A stretch of 64,000 nt of DNA from Candidatus Poribacteria bacterium. GTDB taxonomy: Bacteria; Poribacteria; WGA-4E; WGA-3G. Shown here piece after piece: positions 1 through 7,922 of this stretch; the stretch's first letter is position 1; every line of letters starts with the position of its first letter. The position numbers and the translations under genes were made by a program. The stretch lies in contig OZ243938.1 of NCBI GenBank assembly GCA_965214095.1, positions 700,908 to 764,907 of the forward strand, in the 5' to 3' direction. The notes under the pieces were generated by a model that did not search any database, had not been told where the DNA came from, and saw only the letters and a list, made by a program, of their open reading frames with translations.

Positions 1-19
1 ATTTTCTACAGGATACAAC

Positions 20-844
20 ATGCCAACATTAGAACAACGACTTGAAGACTATAAGACCGACGGTTTCACTATCTTTGAAAAAGTTTTTGACGATGAACAG
101 ATGGAACTCTGGAAAGAGAAACACCAAGAACTTTCGGCAGCACATAATGGTCAAACATGGTTTGCAAATACGCTTGAATTAGCACCAAAACTAATGTGGT
201 CTGCCGTTTCTCATCAAACTATCTTAGATTTTCTTGAAAAGGTGATGGGACCCTTTGTGCAGTTAGATAATCTAACACTTGCTGCATTTGCCTCAATTGA
301 ACCAGAAAAGGCAGAGGGGAGAGTTTCAGGATGGCATCGAGATAGATGGGCGCATGTTCCGTTCACCGATGCATATCATCGACCAAATGCTATCAATGCA
401 ATATCATACCTACAAGACCTAACCGATGCGTTCGGTCCTCTCCGTGTGATTGTCGGTTCACATAGAAAACCTATTACTATTGAAGATGCAGACCGTGGAA
501 TTCCACATCCAGATGAAACCATTATTCACATGAAAGCAGGGGACGTTGTTATTACTCATAACGGTCTCATACATTCAGGAACGCCGAATACTTCCGGTCA
601 ACTTCGCTACTTCTTTAGTATTTATTACAACTTGACATGGCTTAAACATACCGACCATCACACCGGACCCCATACACAAAAGATTCTTGCAGATGCAAAA
701 GCAGCAAATAATCATCAATATATGCGTCTTCTTGGTGTTGATGAGCAGCTACAACCCCGATGCAACTCAGGTTTCCTCCAGTCTGACGAAGAACGATGGG
801 AACAGTGGGCAGCCGCAGACAAAGCAGCGATTAAGGAGGAGTAG
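20..844 (+). CDS. PhyH-family Fe(II)/2-oxoglutarate dioxygenase
   Basis: 274-aa ORF with ATG start. GWHRDRW metal-site motif, distal His in LIHSGTPNTS and Arg in GQLRYFF are typical of the phytanoyl-CoA dioxygenase fold. A 3-nt gap separates it from a paralogue. Confidence 0.7.
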   Translation: MPTLEQRLEDYKTDGFTIFEKVFDDEQMELWKEKHQELSAAHNGQTWFANTLELAPKLMWSAVSHQTILDFLEKVMGPFVQLDNLTLAAFASIEPEKAEGRVSGWHRDRWAHVPFTDAYHRPNAINAISYLQDLTDAFGPLRVIVGSHRKPITIEDADRGIPHPDETIIHMKAGDVVITHNGLIHSGTPNTSGQLRYFFSIYYNLTWLKHTDHHTGPHTQKILADAKAANNHQYMRLLGVDEQLQPRCNSGFLQSDEERWEQWAAADKAAIKEE

Positions 845-847
845 ACA

Positions 848-1594
848 ATGGCAGAAGGACCTGTAGTACCTCCACATTTGAACGTTGAACTTGACCATCA
901 ACTGCAACAGGAAGTGAACTTTTTCCTAAAATGGGGTTATCTTATAGTAGATGATGCAGCAACCCCTGAACAGATTGAATCTCTACGTAATGCACTCGAT
1001 GAAAGTTATGAGAGACGCGAAAAAAGTCAATTCATCGGGGAATTGCTTGAAGAGGATGACAGGTTTGCATTTCTCCTTGACAACCAACCTGTGATGAAAC
1101 GGATGGAGGCAATATTGGGAACGTGTGTCCAACTCCACAGTGCCACTGCTCGTATCACTGAACCGGGAACTCCAGACCAAAATTGGCATCGTGACGGACC
1201 TTGGCCGGTTGACCCTTATGGGACACCTTATGGAAGTCTACCTGCTCAAATAAACTGCGGATACTATCTTGATGAAGTCACTGATGAAGCCGGGCCGACA
1301 GTGGTGCAACCCGGTAGTCATAGGGCACCATTCCGTCCACCCCCAAGTCCTGTTCAGCTTCCAGACGAGAAACGTGTGTTAGTTTCACCAGGACAGGCAG
1401 TGATGTTTGATGGATGGACGTGGCATCGTGGTGCTGCAAATACATCAGATAAACGGAGACGTGTCTGTTTGATGTGCTATCAGAACGCATGGATGAAATC
1501 TCGCGAACCCTTTAACGGACCCCGCGTCACAAAACTACGAGAGGAAGGCACTCCCAAACAGAAGTTACTTCTCGGAGCAATCCCAAAATGGTAA
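848..1594 (+). CDS. PhyH-family Fe(II)/2-oxoglutarate dioxygenase (paralogue)
   Basis: 248-aa ORF preceded by AAGGAGGAG. Carries the NWHRDGPW and WTWHRGAANTSDKRR motifs of the PhyH family. Confidence 0.7.
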   Translation: MAEGPVVPPHLNVELDHQLQQEVNFFLKWGYLIVDDAATPEQIESLRNALDESYERREKSQFIGELLEEDDRFAFLLDNQPVMKRMEAILGTCVQLHSATARITEPGTPDQNWHRDGPWPVDPYGTPYGSLPAQINCGYYLDEVTDEAGPTVVQPGSHRAPFRPPPSPVQLPDEKRVLVSPGQAVMFDGWTWHRGAANTSDKRRRVCLMCYQNAWMKSREPFNGPRVTKLREEGTPKQKLLLGAIPKW

Positions 1595-1643
1595 CATGAA
1601 AAAATTGGTGCAGTCTTTGTACCATTACCAACGGAGAATTTAT

Positions 1644-3098
1644 ATGAATATCGCTTACATTGTTATTGATACACTACGTTATGATTACATTGGCGCAAAC
1701 GGTAATGATTGGATAGAAACCCCTAACTTCGACCGATTTGCTGAGAAATCTTGGGCATTTGATCGTGCGTTCTTAGCAAGTTTCCCGACTATTCCATATC
1801 GGACAGATGTTATTACGGGGCAATATGGGGCTCCCTTCCATCCTTGGAAACCACTTCGTCATGAACGACAAACACTCCCCAGAACACTTGCACAACGTGG
1901 ATACGCAACACAACTCATTCACGATACACCACACCTTGTCAATGGTGGACACAACTTCGATTGGCCCTTCCATGCATGGACATTTATCAGAGGTGCTGAA
2001 GTAGACCGTGATTGGATTATGGATACTGTTCCGTGGCCAGAGAATTGGAAGAAAGAACCACTCTTTGATTGTTTAGGTGATCAGGCATTTCAATCAAATA
2101 TGCTACGAAGTTATTCTCGTGCAAACCGGAATCGCAAATCTCTTGACGATTGGAACTGTGCTAAATTATTCAACACTGCCGCACAATTTCTCAAAGATAA
2201 TGCTAAAAGAGAAAACTTCTTCCTTTGGGTTGATTGCTTCGATCCACATGAACCGTGGGATGCACCTCCAGAATTTATGCTAAAATACGATAAACGAGAT
2301 GGATATGATGGAAACATTGACCCACGCAGCCTCGGTGGAAGAAACAAAGATGTCCTTTCAGATGAAGCAACTGAACACATCAAACATCAATACGCAGCAA
2401 AGGTAACGTGGATGGATCATTGCTTCGGGCAATTCGTGGACGCACTTGAATCCACCGGTCTTGATAAGAATACTGCTGTTATTCTCACAGGTGATCATGG
2501 CACAAATGTCGCGGAACGCGGTTCGTTTGGTAAAGGACAACCTATTCGTGAACAGGTAGGACACGTTCCACTATTCGTCCGTTTACCTGAAGGAGATACC
2601 GGACGAAGTAATGTCATTGTGCAACCACAGGATTTCTTCCCAACTATTATTAATATGCTTGGACAAGATCTTCCAGAAGGTCTTGAAGGACACGACTTTT
2701 TAACACCAGCACGAGACGGAAAATCTGGAGAAAGAAAGATCGCCTTATCAGGTGGAAGTGTTGAAAGATGGAGACAAGCAGGCAATAGAGAAAAAGCTGT
2801 CCTCTTTACAGCATTTGACCAAGAATGGAATATAGAGGTTGCGACAAAACCTGAAAACTCAAGATTGATAAAACTCGGTTCGTTGGATTATGTTGAAGAT
2901 CAACATCAGGATGTCGTTGCGAAACTACATGCAACTGCTGTTGATGAGATTTCCCAACGGGGGATTGATCCTGCATTGATGGATTGGTTGCGTAGTGAAG
3001 GTAAGAATGAATTTCCTTCCGATGTTGTCTTTTGGGATGGTTACCCGGGTCCAGCAGGTTATTCACCATATTTCGGCAGGCTTTATCCTGGTGAATAA
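1644..3098 (+). CDS. Sulfatase-fold (alkaline phosphatase superfamily) hydrolase with Thr at the nucleophile position
   Basis: The ORF track gives 1596..3098. The ATG at 1644 has GGAG 7 nt upstream and yields the usual MNIAYIVIDTLRYD N-terminus. IVIDTLRYD and LTGDHGTN are metal-site motifs. PTIPYRTDVITGQY occupies the position of the C/S-x-P-x-R-xxxx-TG sulfatase signature. Confidence 0.7.
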   Translation: MNIAYIVIDTLRYDYIGANGNDWIETPNFDRFAEKSWAFDRAFLASFPTIPYRTDVITGQYGAPFHPWKPLRHERQTLPRTLAQRGYATQLIHDTPHLVNGGHNFDWPFHAWTFIRGAEVDRDWIMDTVPWPENWKKEPLFDCLGDQAFQSNMLRSYSRANRNRKSLDDWNCAKLFNTAAQFLKDNAKRENFFLWVDCFDPHEPWDAPPEFMLKYDKRDGYDGNIDPRSLGGRNKDVLSDEATEHIKHQYAAKVTWMDHCFGQFVDALESTGLDKNTAVILTGDHGTNVAERGSFGKGQPIREQVGHVPLFVRLPEGDTGRSNVIVQPQDFFPTIINMLGQDLPEGLEGHDFLTPARDGKSGERKIALSGGSVERWRQAGNREKAVLFTAFDQEWNIEVATKPENSRLIKLGSLDYVEDQHQDVVAKLHATAVDEISQRGIDPALMDWLRSEGKNEFPSDVVFWDGYPGPAGYSPYFGRLYPGE

Positions 3099-3165
3099 GA
3101 TGTCTTTTCCAAGATTGTTTGCTTTTCAGTTGATTCAATTGTATACTGTGAATATACGAATTGAT

Positions 3166-3248
3166 ATAGTAGATTTTGAAATTACTTGAACACTCAGCAT
3201 CGGCGAGGTTAGGAAACCTCGCCTACCGTGGGGCGAAAGTGTCAACTT
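3166..3248. repeat. 83-bp repeat containing a REP-like hairpin (copy 1 of 2; second copy at 12397-12479)
   Basis: ATAGTAGATTTTGAAaTTACTTGAACACTC...GCGAGGTTAGGAAACCTCGCCTACC...CGAAAGTGTCAACTT aligns with 12397-12479 with a handful of mismatches. The core hairpin GCGAGGTT/AACCTCGC is followed by CCTAC, which reads as a GTAGG head on the minus strand. Confidence 0.8.
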
Positions 3249-3257
3249 GAGAATACT

Positions 3258-4499
3258 ATGAGAATACTTGAAAACCTTATCACTGCATTTTCAGCACTCC
3301 GTGCAAGCAAACTTAGAACTATCCTAACTCTGTTAGGTATTACTATTGGCATTGCAGGTGTTATTGCTATGATGTCCTTAGGTGCGGGTGCTGAAAAACT
3401 GGTGATGTTGGAATTTGAAAAGATAGGCGGTCCAAGTATGTTTGGTGTCTACCGTCCAGGGAAAATTAGAGTTAACGGTAGATGGAGAGATAACAACAGT
3501 CCACACTATCTCAATATGAATGACCTACGAGATGTTTTACATCAGTGTCCTTCCGTTCAAATTGCTACTGTTGAAGGGAGTTATTACATCAACTTTGAAG
3601 TTGAGGGTAAACATCAACCTACCTATATGCGAGCAACTACCGTTGAATATCAAGGTGTCCGACAGTGGCATGCTGAAATAGGAAGATTCCTCGCAGATAC
3701 GGATATGGATCTTTGGAATAAAGTTTGTGTGATCGGTTCTCAAGTCTGGAAAGAACAATTTAAGGGTATGGATCCGATTGGCAAGGAAATTTCTATTAAC
3801 AATAAGAGATTTAGTGTTATCGGTATAATGGAGAGTCGTGGACCTGGGTTAGAAGCAGGAAAAAGTGATGATAACATGATCTTTATTCCCATAACGACTG
3901 CACAGACACGGTTTTGGGGACACGACAACGTTGGACATATAATGGTTCGTGCGAAAAGTCCACTTGTGGTAGACCAAGCAGTGAAAGAGGTACAGACAGT
4001 CCTTCGACGCAACCATGGTGGTGACGATACTTTCTTTAGAACATGGCAAGCACAGAAAGGAATTGAAAGTGCCAAAAAGACTATCTTTATTATTGAGTTA
4101 GTGTTAGTCATTATCGCATCCGTAGCATTGATAGTCGGAGGAATCGGTATTCTCAACATTATGCTTGTGTCCGTAACAGAACGCATTCCTGAGATCGGAT
4201 TACGGAAAGCTGTCGGTGCGAAAAAGTATCATATACGGTTTCAATTTCTTACGGAATCAATCCTTTTGTGTCTCTTTGGAAGTATTCTCGGTATCGGATT
4301 AGGGGCAATTGTTGGACAAGGTTTCTCTTTTGCAGTAGATACATTCATGGATGGAATGCTCAGATGGCCTTCTGTCATCACGATCAAATCAGTCCTAACA
4401 TCTGTCGCCGCAGGCACTGCTGTAGGTCTCTTTTTCGGATACTATCCCGCCAGTCAAGCTGCAAAACTGAGTCCCATTGATGCAATAAGACACACCTAA
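3258..4499 (+). CDS. ABC transporter permease, MacB/FtsX type
   Basis: The ORF track starts at GTG 3228, inside the repeat, so the ATG at 3258 (MRILENL) is preferred. It has an N-terminal TM helix, a large periplasmic domain, and C-terminal FtsX-like helices with the ERIPEIGLRKAVGA motif. Confidence 0.75.
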   Translation: MRILENLITAFSALRASKLRTILTLLGITIGIAGVIAMMSLGAGAEKLVMLEFEKIGGPSMFGVYRPGKIRVNGRWRDNNSPHYLNMNDLRDVLHQCPSVQIATVEGSYYINFEVEGKHQPTYMRATTVEYQGVRQWHAEIGRFLADTDMDLWNKVCVIGSQVWKEQFKGMDPIGKEISINNKRFSVIGIMESRGPGLEAGKSDDNMIFIPITTAQTRFWGHDNVGHIMVRAKSPLVVDQAVKEVQTVLRRNHGGDDTFFRTWQAQKGIESAKKTIFIIELVLVIIASVALIVGGIGILNIMLVSVTERIPEIGLRKAVGAKKYHIRFQFLTESILLCLFGSILGIGLGAIVGQGFSFAVDTFMDGMLRWPSVITIKSVLTSVAAGTAVGLFFGYYPASQAAKLSPIDAIRHT

Positions 4500-4560
4500 A
4501 CATGATTTTCTTTCAAGGTGCTTACTTTCCATAATACACTATCATGAAGGGAATACTGTC

Positions 4561-5364
4561 GTGGGCAAACTTGGTATTATTGCAGGTGCGGGGGAACTTC
4601 CAACGCTTGTCGCACAGAATGCAGCCGTGCACGGTAGAAAACCGATAATCATACAGATCACCAAAGATGAAAACCAAAGATTTGACGAACAGCCTTGTGA
4701 AGTCTATCAATTTGGTGTTGGTCAGATTGAGAAAATCATACGTAAACTACTTGATCTAAATGTCATTGAACTTGTCATTATTGGTAAAATTGAGCCAAGT
4801 ATCCTTTTACATCCACTAAAATTTGATGCAACTGCGCTCAAGATAATGGCACGAAATCGCAGCAAAAGACCCTCGACAATCGTTTCTGCTGTACTTGAAC
4901 ATTTCCAATCCGCAGGACTTTCTATCCTCTCACAAGACCATTTCTTATCCGACCTACTACCTGAACCCGGTGTTCTCACAAAACGTGAACCGAATAAAGC
5001 ACAGTGGACAGATATAAATATCGGAATACAGACTGCACGACAAATAGCGAACATGAACATTGGACAAACTGTCGTCATTAAAAACGAAATTATCATTGCA
5101 ATAGAAGCTATAGAAGGCACTGACAATACTATTCTAAGGGGTGGAGAATTAGGAGGAAAAGGAGTCGTGGTTGCCAAAGCTGCATCCGAAAACCACGATT
5201 TCCGTGCTGATGTGCCAACGGTGGGTATGAAAACACTACAAACTCTGCATGAGGCAAAAGCAAGTGTATTGGCTGTTGAAGCAAGACGCACATTTGTTAT
5301 GCACCCTGAAGTTATATGCAAACAAGCAGATAAGTGGAAAATCTCAATTGTTGCCGTAGAATGA
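4561..5364 (+). CDS. lpxI: LpxI (DUF1009) family UDP-2,3-diacylglucosamine diphosphatase
   Basis: GTG start. The N-terminal LGIIAGAGELPTLVA and C-terminal DVPTVGMKTLQTLHEAKASVLAVEA match the LpxI family pattern. Confidence 0.6.
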   Translation: MGKLGIIAGAGELPTLVAQNAAVHGRKPIIIQITKDENQRFDEQPCEVYQFGVGQIEKIIRKLLDLNVIELVIIGKIEPSILLHPLKFDATALKIMARNRSKRPSTIVSAVLEHFQSAGLSILSQDHFLSDLLPEPGVLTKREPNKAQWTDINIGIQTARQIANMNIGQTVVIKNEIIIAIEAIEGTDNTILRGGELGGKGVVVAKAASENHDFRADVPTVGMKTLQTLHEAKASVLAVEARRTFVMHPEVICKQADKWKISIVAVE

Positions 5365-5457
5365 GATGCAATCTTATGTTATTCGATATCCACCCAAAAG
5401 AATAAATGTCCTTAATTATTTACTAATTAATGTGTTATAATATAGTTTGCTAAAGCA

Positions 5458-5733
5458 ACTATAGTTTGGACAATTTCTCTTGGTTGCATACTGATATTTC
5501 TAGCATTTTCAATATTTTGTAAGTTTTCAATGGGATAATAACTTGACGAAAATGTGTTAGAATATCAAAATGAGCAGCCCCAGCGGGGCGAAATGTGTAT
5601 AGCACATCGTGAACAAACGATTTATAGCCCCAGCGGGGCGACAGGTGTATCATTGAAGAAATAGGTATGATGACTGTGATTCTCCTTGTCCAGACTATTA
5701 TTCAAGTCTATAAAAAACTGTCCAAACTATAGT
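5458..5733. mobile_element. MITE-like non-autonomous element (276 bp) with 15-bp terminal inverted repeats
   Basis: ACTATAGTTTGGACA at 5458-5472 and its exact reverse complement TGTCCAAACTATAGT at 5719-5733. AAAGCA directly flanks both ends, a candidate 6-bp target-site duplication. Internally there are two copies of AGCCCCAGCGGGGCG (5576-5590 and 5626-5640). A second, truncated copy of the element lies at 12487-12722. Confidence 0.6.
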
Positions 5734-5804
5734 AAAGCAACATATTATTGAAAGTCAAAATATCGGTATAGAATTATTATCTTGAGAAAACTGAGGTGCA
5801 TTTT

Positions 5805-7910
5805 ATGTCCTTTAAGAAGTTCTTAGCTGTATTTGTATTAGGTATCACCATTTCAATTGGATTTGTTTTTTTTCTAAAATTGAAGACCCGTGACACACCG
5901 AAGTATTTGTCATCAAAAAGTGAAGCACTTCCGACTATAATGCCACGGAGTGTACAAATTCCTGATGAAATACGACAGAAGTTTGCAAAAGTTCCCGATA
6001 AGCCTGAACTTATCGCCGCGTTGGAACACGGTGGAAGAATTGAATCTGTCGCATTTTCACCCGTTGATTCATCACTGCTTGTGAGTAGAAGTAGTGACGA
6101 TCAAGTTAAGGTATGGCGTTTAAATTATCCATCAGAACCGATAGCCGTGCTCAAAGGAAATTCAGCTTCATTTTCTCCAGATGGTAAACTACTCGCATTA
6201 AGTGATTTGAAAGATGGCACAAAACTGTGGAATATCAATACAAAGCAGAATGTCAAAACTTTCAATTCTATAGGGAGAGATTCCATTTTTTCACCTGATG
6301 GAAAATGGTTAGCCATAGGCACAATTGGTGGTACTCAGTTGTGGGATATACGCACACCAACACAACCAATAAAAGGTCCAAAACTACGTTCTAAAGGACT
6401 TGCTGAACACTTGTCATTTTCTGCAGATGGCAAACTATTATCCGCTGCAGATAGGGTGAGCGGAGAAGTTGATATTTGGGAAGTTGTCGGTAACAAGGGT
6501 GTCAGAAAAGCGAATTTTAATGTTAAATCTGATAAAGTAAAATGGGTTGAAAAGCTTGAGTTTTTGCCTGATGCAGAGAATCCTGTACTTGCAATTGCTG
6601 AAAATGATAAAGACATACACCTACTTTCTCCAACAAATTGGCATGCTTATTCCAATATTGCCGCTGGATATGTCAACGACCTGGCTTTCTCATCGGACGC
6701 AAAAATCCTTGTTAGTGGTGGACATAATGAGATTGAATTATGGAAGGTCAACAATGGAGAACGTGTTCTTTCTATAGAAGGATATTCACGATGGGTAAAC
6801 TGTGTTGACATCTCACATGACAGGAACTATGTTGTTGGTGGGGCAAATGACGGAATATTGCGAGTCTGGGAAATTGATAGGGATATTTTTTCACAGCAAA
6901 ATGAGCAGCTATCTGATGTTGTAAAACTGATATATTTCTTACCAAGTGACAAAACACCCCGACCAAATATCACACAGGAATTAAATCACTTAATCAGTGA
7001 TGTTCAAAATTTCTTCGCTGATGAAATGGAACGCCACGGATTCGGTAGAAAAACGGTATCTGTTGAAAAAAACGGAGACAATTCAGCCAAGATATACCTA
7101 ATTGAAGGAAGGACGACTGAAGATTATTATTTCATCAACACTGATAAAAAAGTTAGAAATGAAGTAGAGCAAGTTTTTTATTCCTCCAATAATATCAACT
7201 TAATCGTTGTAGAAATTAGTAATGTTTTAGGCAAAATAGAAGGTGGAATCTTAAGTGCAAACCCAAATCCTTCTACAGTTAACTACATTGACGATATGAC
7301 AGGGTTACGTGGTGGAGACTTAATCATGACTGCAGAAGACAAAGGATATTCAACAGTTTCAGTTGCAAGGCATTTAGGATACACATTTGGATTAGACAAC
7401 GACCTGCAAGACCCATCCTACATTATGTCCTATGGAAAAAATAAAACCCAACTGTCAAAAAGTAGTGCTGAATGGTTGAGTAAATCTCGGTATTTCAATT
7501 CCAACCAGACTTTTTATGATACGCCTGCCTCAATAGAAAAACTCTCACCACACCCAGGAAAATTGAGATTACAGATACAAGATTCTAATGGGATTCATCA
7601 GGTGCGGTTGTTAGTTAAACTTACTACCCCATATCCGCCACCAGGATATCAGTGGAACATCAACCAACAAAGAAACAATTCAGATTGGGATAGAAAACAT
7701 AAAGGGAAAATCCTCGTTTTACATGATTTCCTTACTATCAATGCTAAAGAACAGGCTACTGTTACATTTGATTATCCTGAATATGCACAGAATCAGATTA
7801 AAATTCAGATTATTGATATACATGGGAATATGGCGTATCGGGTAATAAACCTTATTGACGAAAATGAAAGTACAATCACTTCGTTTGTAAAAAGACTGTT
7901 TCCCGGTTAG
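5805..7910 (+). CDS. Membrane-anchored WD40/PD40-like beta-propeller protein, long form with C-terminal conserved domain
   Basis: The ORF track gives 5796 (GTG); the ATG at 5805 lies 8 nt after GAGG. There is an N-terminal KKF plus TM helix, then recurrent FSPDGK and [VLI]W[RNDEK] blade motifs. The C-terminal ~330 aa are shared with 10340-12400 and 13104-15203 (ADEMERHGFGRKT, LSKSSAEWLSKSRYFN, GIHQV). Confidence 0.8.
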   Translation: MSFKKFLAVFVLGITISIGFVFFLKLKTRDTPKYLSSKSEALPTIMPRSVQIPDEIRQKFAKVPDKPELIAALEHGGRIESVAFSPVDSSLLVSRSSDDQVKVWRLNYPSEPIAVLKGNSASFSPDGKLLALSDLKDGTKLWNINTKQNVKTFNSIGRDSIFSPDGKWLAIGTIGGTQLWDIRTPTQPIKGPKLRSKGLAEHLSFSADGKLLSAADRVSGEVDIWEVVGNKGVRKANFNVKSDKVKWVEKLEFLPDAENPVLAIAENDKDIHLLSPTNWHAYSNIAAGYVNDLAFSSDAKILVSGGHNEIELWKVNNGERVLSIEGYSRWVNCVDISHDRNYVVGGANDGILRVWEIDRDIFSQQNEQLSDVVKLIYFLPSDKTPRPNITQELNHLISDVQNFFADEMERHGFGRKTVSVEKNGDNSAKIYLIEGRTTEDYYFINTDKKVRNEVEQVFYSSNNINLIVVEISNVLGKIEGGILSANPNPSTVNYIDDMTGLRGGDLIMTAEDKGYSTVSVARHLGYTFGLDNDLQDPSYIMSYGKNKTQLSKSSAEWLSKSRYFNSNQTFYDTPASIEKLSPHPGKLRLQIQDSNGIHQVRLLVKLTTPYPPPGYQWNINQQRNNSDWDRKHKGKILVLHDFLTINAKEQATVTFDYPEYAQNQIKIQIIDIHGNMAYRVINLIDENESTITSFVKRLFPG

Positions 7911-7922
7911 ATCTTGAGAGAT

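Noticed and set aside
5576-5640. Possible CRISPR mini-array (two direct repeats with a GC hairpin and a 23-nt spacer), also at 12605-12669.
   Set aside because: There are only two repeat units, each about 25 nt. The spacer is shorter than typical. No cas genes or leader-like expansion are present, and the module sits inside a TIR-bounded MITE. It is reported as an unusual variable cassette, not annotated as CRISPR.
5459-5653. Minus-strand 64-aa ORF, and its counterpart at 12488-12688 (66 aa), as a conserved small protein.
   Set aside because: Both lie wholly inside the MITE copies. The similarity is at nucleotide level and includes the TIR. Differences are not biased to synonymous sites, and the hypervariable slot destroys the middle of the peptide.
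6956-6966. An 11-nt match (ACCCCGACCAA) between the variable cassette of MITE copy B and propeller gene 1, as a possible guide-target pair.
   Set aside because: An 11-mer match for a 23-nt query against both strands of 64 kb is about what chance predicts. The match does not extend further.
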